The notes under the pieces: generated by a model | What the model saw: the letters and a program-made list of their open reading frames with translations, nothing else | The model's database searches: none | Told to the model about the DNA's origin: nothing | Translations under genes and position numbers: made by a program | Source of the DNA: Perkinsus chesapeaki ATCC PRA-425 | Taxonomy: Eukaryota > Protista > Perkinsozoa | Direction of reading: 5' to 3' | NCBI GenBank assembly: GCA_013115145.1 | Contig: JAAPAO010000368.1 | Location: 1-35,685, forward strand | Length of the DNA stretch: 35,685 nt | Shown: positions 11,626 through 20,800 of the stretch, piece after piece | Layout of the letters: each line of letters starts with the position of its first letter | How positions within the stretch are numbered: the stretch's first letter is position 1

Positions 11626-11870
11626 TCATCCGAGATTCATCATATCCGACTCGAGGATCACACGATTCGTGATCGGCCACCTCGCACGAAGCCTCAAGAA
11701 ACCAGTTGGATTATCACCCCAGACTCTACGGCCCAGAGATGCATCGTAAGCCGGAAACGAGCAGCTCACTGGATGGCACTCGAAAATATGTTGGTTTCCT
11801 CCGTTTTGTTAGATAGCATATCATCTCGGTTTTGTAGCTGTACAGCGTTCTGAAAAAGGCCTAAGTACAT
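11626..11870 (-). CDS. Probable last two exons of an unresolved hypothetical gene (upstream part somewhere in 11.9-14.2 kb)
   Basis: GLFQNAVQLQNRDDMLSNKTEETNIFSSAIQ joins in frame across a 44-nt GTGAG...CGTAG intron to VWGDNPTGFLRLRARWPITNRVILESDMMNLG*. No homology recognised. Confidence 0.35.
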
Positions 11871-13333
11871 ACTCCATAAAACCGAACCTAAGCAAGATAC
11901 GGTCGCGACAGGTCGCGCCTGTGGGACAACTTCCACTAGAATGTAAGACCTTTCTGCGCCCTCCTTCATGCTCGTGAAGTATTATATATGAGACAAACGA
12001 AGTGCATTGAAGTAAAATCCGAGCGGGACCACCTCTCGGTCACACACGCGTGCGCACGGGATTCTAGTATCAAAAGTGTCGGCGAAACTGAGCCCTGGCA
12101 AGACCCTTGCCCAAGTTTAGATATTGCAAGATCGTATCGAATCTTCCGCGATGTTCGGTTCCGTGATTCGAGCTCCCTCTCCCATTGTTGAGCTAGTTCG
12201 CGTTGAATCAGTCCCCAGCACTGGAGGCTACCAGCAAGGAAGCAGGGCGCACGATAAACTCCTGGCGCTGGACAAGCGTCACTCTCCCTGCGAAGCCCAC
12301 CGGTGGTGGGCCACCACGAAGGCAATCACGAATCACTTTGCAGCATCCGGGATTCCCGCAAGCCTTTCTGTGGGATAATCAGCCGGTGTTTCATGCGCCC
12401 GAAGAAGCTTCTCGGGTAAAGTCTATCAGTGTAACCCCGGCATGGCTACCACGGCGTGGCGCCGTGTCATGCCCTTGATGTCTCCCACGATGGAAGTCCT
12501 GTTTGCGCTGTTGCACAAATACGCGCTGCGCACAAGTATCTTTGTTGAAACCGTTGAAAGATTCCCGTGCATGATATATAAACCAAATAAACCCAACTAC
12601 TTTTTCTACTCTTTAACTTATGGCTCTTGAGTCGACCAGTGTCTCAGCCAAGGCTCTGAACAAGTCCCAACGTGGCTGCATTAAATGCTTCCGGTTCGCG
12701 CAAACATATTCAACTGACGAAGTGATGCCTATGTGTCGGAGTATGACATCACCTGTCTCATGTTTTCCCGCTATAGTACTGCAAACTAATAGTGAGGAGG
12801 ATCTGCATGGCAAGGGCTTCACCGGAACGGAGGCACTGACCCCCTTGTGACACGTTGTGATTGCGAATGCACTGCATTCGCAATGCAGCATTAGAACTGT
12901 TCTTGCAATCAGACAATGATCAACCGACGTCTAGCTATCATACTAGCTGTGCCGTCTGTAAAGCACGCTTTCACTCCAGACTTGAGCCTCCTATTAGCAA
13001 TTGATCACGTTTCAAGCGCCTCAAGGTGTTCACGTTTTGTGCCCCGGCTCCTTCCTTTGCTTCGTCTGATGGTCTGATTCACATGAATTATTCATTTCTG
13101 AGTTCCAATTTGCGTGAGCAGTTGACGCTAACGGCATGTCTGGTTAGTGCTTCGGGAATTTCGAAATTTCGGTATCTATTATTATGCCTTAATCAACCTA
13201 AATCCTCAAACCAGGAGCTTCATCTATTGTGTTTGACGCGCCAACCTGTACAGGGTTTACGTTCCTGTAGTACCAAACATATTGAGTACCCGTGGTCAAA
13301 TCCACAAACCTCGCTGTACGACGCAGGTGATCT

Positions 13334-13376
13334 CGATCCTTTGCCCTGTAGGCTCCCAAGTCCATGAAGCCAGCGG
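13334..13376 (-). other. Displaced copy of GDH coding sequence (39 nt exact, 42/43 nt)
   Basis: 13338-13376 CCTTTGCCCTGTAGGCTCCCAAGTCCATGAAGCCAGCGG is identical to 15567-15605, same orientation. It encodes AGFMDLGAYRAK on the minus strand. Confidence 0.95.
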
Positions 13377-14310
13377 CAATATCAAAGTTGCAGACTACGT
13401 ACGACGAGATTCTAGGCGGTCTTGGTCATCCTAATTCTTCAAGTGTCCCAAATGAAGATCTCAGATGTCCTCTATACATAAATAGTGCCTGTGTTCACGC
13501 AGCATATTGCATGGGTACTGCGTAAGTTGATCCACCTTGATCCGTGGGGTTACGCTAGATCGGTTGAGGGCTACTGGCCATCAGAGTATAGAGATCGGTA
13601 GGATTTGATGAACAATATCTTTACAACGCCTGGTGGTTGGCCAATCTGCTGAGGCGAGAGGTACCGCACACAACATGTTATTCACGTTACCTACCATAAT
13701 TGCACTCATGGGTCCACGGGATTTATGAGACTGCTTCGTTTATTAACCGGAGCTACTCACTGAACTGGAAGACTATAGGGAATGACTCGTCATCATGATG
13801 CCGCCTGGAATATCAAGATGTTCACTCACATTCACATGTGGACGGGCAAGCTCGATACAAGTACGCGTAAATCGTTCACGGTGAACGAGCGTGACGATCT
13901 TGCTCTAGAAACGCCTTGTGGCTCCTGGGAGAGGATAGTGATAAATGCCATATATCGTTGCTGCATTACAGGTTATATCATCACCCTAATGACATAGTCT
14001 ATAGTAATCCAGTTAGCGAAAGTCAGTATAGTCCGTCGATCCCGATTTACAGCCAACGCTTGTGCACCAGACAGGGGTTTTCGATGTGTACATTTTTCCG
14101 TGGTGCTTCTTCAACATGTTTAGTAGAGCACAGCCACGTATCTGGCCAACTGTAATTATACGAAATTATCGGTCCTTCTCGCGAGTTGCCTTCACTGAAT
14201 CCTTGTACTTTGTTACTAACACAAAACACCAAGTATTATAAACGTCAATAAAAACTCATGGGAATTGATCCCAACTTCAACTGACATCGAGGAAAATTAT
14301 AGACTGTCGC

Positions 14311-17300
14311 CTACAGACTGAAAGATCCGAGATGGCGAGGCCTCTGCAGGTCCGCCGGGGTGACTTCGCCCTCGGAACTTTGCTCCAAAGATCTCATGAA
14401 CTGATAGAAGGCAAACTCGCTGGCATTCAGACCGAACTTGTAGACGAAGGTATTCGCAATCCAAGTTGCGACCATTGCCATGATGTAGGCTTCTGGAGTG
14501 CGTTCCAAAATCTGGTCGAGACCACAATGCACCAAAAGTAGACGCGGAACGCATCGCCTCAATACAGCGCGGACCATCCAGTCATTCTCAGGGTCTTCCT
14601 CCTCCAAAACCTGCATGATATACGCCTTCAGATGGTTTATCTTTTTAGACAGCATAGCGCTCGCTTCAACCTTGCTAACGAAACCAGAGCCGTCGGCAGC
14701 AACAACTTCATGAGTTGCAGCCCAAATGCCATTGAACTCCATCCTGGCATTGTGGCGGATAACCGAAAGGATCTCCTGAGCGTACTGCTCATAGAACTCT
14801 GGGGGAGAGCTACTCGGATCCTTGACGGTTAAGTTCTTCTCATGATCATCAGGGTCCATGCACAGGGCAGCGAAGACCTCCAGACTGGAAGAAGTGACAC
14901 CGCCCTTGTTGGTAGAGGCATCTTTGAAGAGGTGGACCCCGGCATCTTCAAGCACGCGCCGAGCATCATCGGTGAAGAAGAGATTTGCTCCTTCAACGAT
15001 GTACTTGAACTTCGGACGCTTGGTCTCGGGATGGAACATGTCCTGTATGTTGCGGATGTTAACCGTGGCCGGTCTTCCTCCGCAGGGGACGAACAGATCA
15101 GCCGAGCAGTACTCCAGCGAGGTGAACTTATTTCGGACGTCAACGCCGCTCTTAAAGTGTTGACCGTTCGGTAAGATAACATCGGTGTCGTCCACAGTGA
15201 CCAGGAAGGATCCAGGGTTAGCCGACAACTTGCTGCGGTCAAAGTTCGACACCGGAACTCTTTGGTGGGCAAGCCTAGTAAGCTCAGTCCTGTCGAGTCC
15301 TTCGGGGTCATACAGTACCCCAGAGCCATCACAGATGGCAATAGTCCTATCCTTCGAAATGAGGATCTCATTAGAGCCAAGATCCCCATCAGGACCTCCA
15401 GTCATAACTTTGGTGACGCTCGTCTCTGGGACATCCAAAGTGTCCAGCAGCTGCAGAACATATTCGTGGATTGAGTTGGTGGTCATACCATACTTATCAT
15501 GAGGCACTCCACCGAGCTTAGTGGACTTCCCCGTGGTCAAGGCCTTCCAGTAAGGGTAGCCACGAGCCTTTGCCCTGTAGGCTCCCAAGTCCATGAAGCC
15601 AGCGGTGTTCTCATCCGGACCGAAGAACAGGATTTCCTCTCTAGGCAAGTGCGAGGCGATACCGGTCTCTTTGAACATCATACAGTCGAGAAGGGCGTCA
15701 ATATATTTATTAAAAGCATCACGGCCACTCGTTTGCAGATGCTGGTCGTCCAAATCCAGCAGGATCGTTCCCTTGGAGCCACCCTCAGGAATGTCCTTGT
15801 TCTTCATCTGCTGTGTGAGCGCCAGATTGTAGTTCTCCTCCAGTAGGGTAGCACAGTTCTTATTATAAACCTGGCGGTTCCGAGACATAATCATTCGGAT
15901 ACCACCACGAGCGATATCCCGGAACCTGATATGGAAGCCGTAGAAGTTGCGCCCAACGATCAGGTAAACCGCGTAGGGAATGACCGGGAAGAGGCCTCTC
16001 GGTCTGTCGGCCAGGACTTCACCATCGAACCTCATGGCGATCGCCGCTGCAGTTCCAGCTTTGAAAAAGTTAGTCATCTGCAAGTGTACATTAAGTTTCA
16101 GGAGGGTCTTCAAGATCTTGCCGTCAAATCTCGACCAAACCTCGTCGTCAATCTGTCTGGCAAGCTCGTCATTGTGGAACGGCTTGCACTGACCGGTAGC
16201 GATCTTCTTGAAGTCCTCAAAGACGGGTAAAGTGAGCGCATAGTGAGTCGACAGAGCATCGTAAATGCGCTCATAGGTGATAGAGTTGGACATAGTCTGC
16301 AGGAACATCTCGTCCAGCTTGCTCTTCATGTCCTGGTTTGACTTGAAAAAATCGGCAAGGTCCAAATACTCATTAGTTTCCTTCGGAAAGAAGGAGAACA
16401 CAAACTTGGCGGCCGAAATGAGGAAGATGGCGTGCTCCGGCGTGATCTTATTCTTCAGCACCAAATCCCAAACCAGCGCGGACTTCTTCGGACTGTGCTT
16501 GAAGTGGCTAGCATAGCGAAGAGTCTGTGCCAGTGTCTCCAGCTGCTCGGGGCCAAAAACAGGATCGAAGTACATGTGATAGGTAACGATACCGTTGGCA
16601 AAGGTCTCGATGTACATTCTCTTAGGCATGGCATTATGAGATCTCAAACACTCATTAACTTCGAGAATATACGCCATCCCTCTGCGCTCGGCATCGTAAG
16701 CAGCAAACTGCACGATCTTCGCGCCGACCTTGGTGACCATGTGAGTAGGAGGCTCAATGATCCTCACGACCGCATTGCGAGTGACCATTGCCTCGTGGAT
16801 GAGGGACTGGTAAAAGGCTTGGTTTTCATCGCTCTTAGCGTTCAGGAACTTCTGGGTAGCAACTTTGTGGATATCCTCCTCATCGCAAATGTTCTTAGAC
16901 CGATACACTCCCTCCTGGAAGGACGTCTTGTCAACCATGAAGATGCCCAGAGGCAGACCGTCATCCTCCTGCATCGGTGATTTATCAGATCTCATAAACA
17001 CCACCGAGAAGGCATCTTCGCCCCTACAGGTTGCCAGATAGTTCGCAACTTTTCTCTCGGTCTCCCAGACCCTAGCGGGGTCCATCGTTGCCAGGAAAAA
17101 TGCCGACTCGGGCTCCTCAATCTCAAAGTGTATGAAATTAGACTTGGTCGTTTGGGCCACCTTCTTGGCCGCCAGGAGGCTGTGGATGTGCCTCGCTATC
17201 TGGACGCTGGTGAAGTCCTTGAAGTACTTGGGATGAAGACCAAGATCGATAAAGTAGTACTGGACCTCGCTCCACAGCCTCGGTGCAGCGAACACACCTT

Positions 17301-17754
17301 CCTTAACGATAATCGTGAAGACCTGCGTCATCTTAGCCTCGAGCTCCTCGGCAGTTAGTGTGATATCCGAGCTGACAGAATCAACTTGGTCTCTGAGCAT
17401 GTCGATCTGTTTGGGGGACAGATAGCACATTCCAGCCGCGTAGGAGAGGTCAAGATCCGCAAGCATGTCCCGAATCTCAGCGTGACCGTTCATCACCGCG
17501 TCGTGAATCGGGAGCATACCAAAGCGATCTTGCTTCAAAGTGGCGCCATTCGCAACGAGGTACTTTACCGCGTCGACGCTACCGCCAGCCGCGGCTAAAT
17601 GCAACGGAGTCCTCTTGTCGTAGTCCTGGTCGTTGACGGTCATGTTGGGATTGGCCGCCAAGATGGCCTTCATCTCATCTACATCACCTCTGAAGGATGC
17701 TTCCAGGAGAGCGCTAATATGGTAGGTCAGTGGGGCGGGCGCCGCGCTTGCCAT
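14311..17754 (-). CDS. GDH2: Large NAD-specific glutamate dehydrogenase (GDH2 type) with N-terminal ankyrin repeats, 1147 aa, intronless
   Basis: Motifs GFHIRFRDIARGGIR, KNKDIPEGGSKG, FFGPDENTA, TTGKS..LGGVPHDKYGMTT, GGPDGDLGSNEI, DLFVPCGGRP, EGANLF, KDASTNKGGVTSSSLEV. N-terminal ankyrin DYDKRTPLHLAAAGGSVDAVKYLVANGA..DRFGMLPIHDAVMNGH. Confidence 0.95.
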   Translation of the reverse strand: MASAAPAPLTYHISALLEASFRGDVDEMKAILAANPNMTVNDQDYDKRTPLHLAAAGGSVDAVKYLVANGATLKQDRFGMLPIHDAVMNGHAEIRDMLADLDLSYAAGMCYLSPKQIDMLRDQVDSVSSDITLTAEELEAKMTQVFTIIVKEGVFAAPRLWSEVQYYFIDLGLHPKYFKDFTSVQIARHIHSLLAAKKVAQTTKSNFIHFEIEEPESAFFLATMDPARVWETERKVANYLATCRGEDAFSVVFMRSDKSPMQEDDGLPLGIFMVDKTSFQEGVYRSKNICDEEDIHKVATQKFLNAKSDENQAFYQSLIHEAMVTRNAVVRIIEPPTHMVTKVGAKIVQFAAYDAERRGMAYILEVNECLRSHNAMPKRMYIETFANGIVTYHMYFDPVFGPEQLETLAQTLRYASHFKHSPKKSALVWDLVLKNKITPEHAIFLISAAKFVFSFFPKETNEYLDLADFFKSNQDMKSKLDEMFLQTMSNSITYERIYDALSTHYALTLPVFEDFKKIATGQCKPFHNDELARQIDDEVWSRFDGKILKTLLKLNVHLQMTNFFKAGTAAAIAMRFDGEVLADRPRGLFPVIPYAVYLIVGRNFYGFHIRFRDIARGGIRMIMSRNRQVYNKNCATLLEENYNLALTQQMKNKDIPEGGSKGTILLDLDDQHLQTSGRDAFNKYIDALLDCMMFKETGIASHLPREEILFFGPDENTAGFMDLGAYRAKARGYPYWKALTTGKSTKLGGVPHDKYGMTTNSIHEYVLQLLDTLDVPETSVTKVMTGGPDGDLGSNEILISKDRTIAICDGSGVLYDPEGLDRTELTRLAHQRVPVSNFDRSKLSANPGSFLVTVDDTDVILPNGQHFKSGVDVRNKFTSLEYCSADLFVPCGGRPATVNIRNIQDMFHPETKRPKFKYIVEGANLFFTDDARRVLEDAGVHLFKDASTNKGGVTSSSLEVFAALCMDPDDHEKNLTVKDPSSSPPEFYEQYAQEILSVIRHNARMEFNGIWAATHEVVAADGSGFVSKVEASAMLSKKINHLKAYIMQVLEEEDPENDWMVRAVLRRCVPRLLLVHCGLDQILERTPEAYIMAMVATWIANTFVYKFGLNASEFAFYQFMRSLEQSSEGEVTPADLQRPRHLGSFSL

Positions 17755-17829
17755 AGAGGAAAAAACTGAAGCAAGATACGCAAGGAAAGCGAATGGAACT
17801 CAAGCAGGAAATATGCGGATAAATCGTAC

Positions 17830-20800
17830 TCAAAAGGACATTGGTCCAAGCTGTGCAAGCCCTACCGCTCTCTCATCTGCAACACGAAGTTCATCTCGTA
17901 GACCCTCGAGGGCGTCGGCAAGGGCATCTCGTTGGGGCACCTAAACAGGATCATCACGGCGCGAAGTCCGGAGGAGACCCGACCATTGAACGAGAATAAT
18001 GAACACAGACATCAAGTTATCACAGGGCGCCCCGGAATTAAATTAAGTGCAAGGCTTTGAGGAAGTCGGGATGAAAATATATAAGCTCACCCGAGGCCAA
18101 TGTAAGCATTAAAAAGACCATGTCATAGATGATAATAATACACTAAAATATAAATATATGATATATAAAGTCCTGACTGTTCGCTCGAGAGCCAGGTGGT
18201 ATGTAGAGTAGGGGATGAGCACGTGTGACGAACAACGAGCAACAATATCAACTTAGGATTACTAATCATATGGTCATCGGATTCCGATGGTAATACTACT
18301 AGGTGAAGCATATAAAAATCTATAGAAAGTATATAATATATATGATAGAATAAAATATGAACATATAATAATAGTGATAATGTCGCCACTACGCTTCATA
18401 GGGCGGTTCAGCCTCTTACGACGGACTGAGCCCGCAGCTATACGCCTATACTGGCTACTGTATACCTGGTGAAAGGAGAAGTGCTGCCGCCCGAGAAAAA
18501 TAAAGGTGATAATAGAATATACAAAATAATATATAAATGATATCATATGCAAAAGTATCTTGCTCAACTCGAACCTACCAAATAGCCATCACCGTTCTCT
18601 ACGGCGGCATCGACCGCTTCCATCAACTGTAAAATCAGGGCCAAATCAAGCGGTGAGTTGCTGCTCTGCGGTTCCCAATCATCGATGCTCTGCACTGCCA
18701 GCTCCGCGGCCTCCTCCAGCTGATCGGTGACCATATACACCCTCAGTAACGTCAGCCAATCCAGGTTATTGAGCTGGTCGACAAGCCTCTCGGGAACTGC
18801 GGATTTTTCAACACGTAGGAGGTAGACCAGTACGTGGGAAAGGACGTTTCGGTTGGCCTCCGCAGAGAGCAACAAAGTGGTCCAGAGGGCCTCGGTGACA
18901 TTTCCGTCACACTGCAGCGGTGCAGCAGAGTCGAATCTGGTGTAGGCGTACTTCATCAGAGACGGTTGACCGTCCTCTCGCGACAGAGCCGGAGCCTCTG
19001 CCCTTCGGATGAGCTCCACGAAGGGCAAGTAGCAAGACGACCACTCATCAAAGCCAGCAAGCCTGGCAAGCTCCACAGCTGGCTTCAGCAACCCCAGCGA
19101 AGAGCCAATTCGACAAAGACGCCAGGCATCCACCGCACCGATGCTGACGCGGGTCAGCTCGACAACAGCATAGTAGAGAGAGGTATAGGCAATTCTGAGC
19201 TGCACCCAGGCAAGGTCGACAAACAGGAACCGCGCTCCTTGCTGGGCATCTTCGTCCTTCCGGAGAGCTATGAAAACCCCTTGAGGAGATTTCATGCGCT
19301 TAAGGCTGGCCTTGGCGAGAAGGAGACACCTTTTCTGAGACTGCAGACGGTCCAACGTCGACAGTACAACTTCCGGCTCAGTGATCTCCGGTAGGTCATA
19401 AAGTTCTGGTTGACGCAGTTCCACAGGGAGCTCCCCAAAAGGAGTGGTGCAGTCGGCCGCGACCAAGCCAACAGCAGGCTCAGGCGTAGCCAGGCTGCCA
19501 CCGTTGTCCAGGTAGCCCCTCAAGGCGAGCCTTGCGGCATGCTGGCGATCGGCGCTCTTGGTAATAACTCCCCATAACTGTTGGAGCTCTCGCAGGCTCT
19601 CCGGTCTCGCCGATGCCACCACAACATCCAGGAGTTTGCCGGCAGTGGCAGAGGCGGTACTTGTCTTGTCGCCGGTTTTGACTTTCATCAGCCACCCAAG
19701 AGCGCCACAACGCTCCACTTCACGAGTCATCGCGAGCATCCTCTGACTCGTGCCGGGGCCCTCCTGAGCTAGAGCCTCGAGACAGGTATCCCAATCCCGA
19801 AGCTCCAGTGCCCGGTCGAAGAGGTCAGAAGGGTCGACGCCCTGGAGCTTGGCGAACGCAATCTCGGCCTCGAAAAAGCCCGCTTGGCAGCAGATCTTGG
19901 TGCAATGTTGAGGCAGGCTATCGCCAATGCTCGAAAAGAGGGTCGGCAAGGAACCATGAACACATACGCCTTTTAGGAGGTCCAGGACGTATGCGAATCG
20001 CTCGGATGTGCAGTTATCAGGGTCAGCGAGGATGCATCTGAAAAGAGACAAGGATATTATCAACGAGACGATGAACAATGTGACGTGTCACAGGGCGCGC
20101 GAGGCCAGAAGAACACAGTGAAAATTGTTAGAATAAATCCGACGGTTTTTGAGTCCGCTGGTAGGCCAAACTGAACCCTAGTCTTCTGTCAAGCTTCTAA
20201 CTGACACACTGAGCCGCGTCACTATAGACGACTGCTACGATCGAGCCAAGTAAGCTCCCCCCGACAACGAGACATCGGGAAGGTGCCTCCCATTATTTGG
20301 TTGGAAGCATCAACAAGTACATCATCGATATTCCCTGTATAATTATTTCATAAGATATTTACAAAGGGACTACTCAGACCTTATACAAGCAATTAAAGGG
20401 ACTACTCAGACCTTATACAAGCAATTAAAGGGACTACTCAGACCTTATACAAGCAATTAAAGGGACTACTTAGGCGTTATACAAGCAATTAAAGGGACTA
20501 CTTAGGCGTTATATAATCACAATTTCCGCCGACGTAAGTTCCAAAAATTCCCGAACGAGATTCATTGACTTCTGAGCCTTAGTAACTAGAGATCGCCGAT
20601 CTGGAGATCTCGTCGAGATTTAGTTGAGCCATTTGAGAGATCACAGTGTGTCTCCTCTACCTAGCTTTAACATAGTCTTCTCCACCTTCGTCCAGATGCA
20701 ACAGTACGGCCAGCGGCACCAACACCTCCTTAGCGTTCACTGGATACTCGACCAGCTGCTTTAAGAGCTCCTGCTTGGTTTGGCCCTCTGAACTTGGGAA

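Noticed and set aside
11620-11720. Plus-strand HHIRLEDHTIRDRPPR resembling the start of a gypsy RT
   Set aside because: No downstream RT motifs, and the opposite strand forms a canonical in-frame spliced terminal exon.
14332-17598. Many antisense and alternative-frame ORFs over GDH (also over Nup160, DBP2 and ACOX)
   Set aside because: Shadow ORFs expected from codon bias in long coding regions; no independent motifs.
17765-17785. ATCTTGCTTCAG upstream of the GDH ATG resembling a relict spliced leader (..ATCTTGGCTCAAG)
   Set aside because: Only a partial, gapped match. It is equally explained as a polypyrimidine tract plus AG acceptor.
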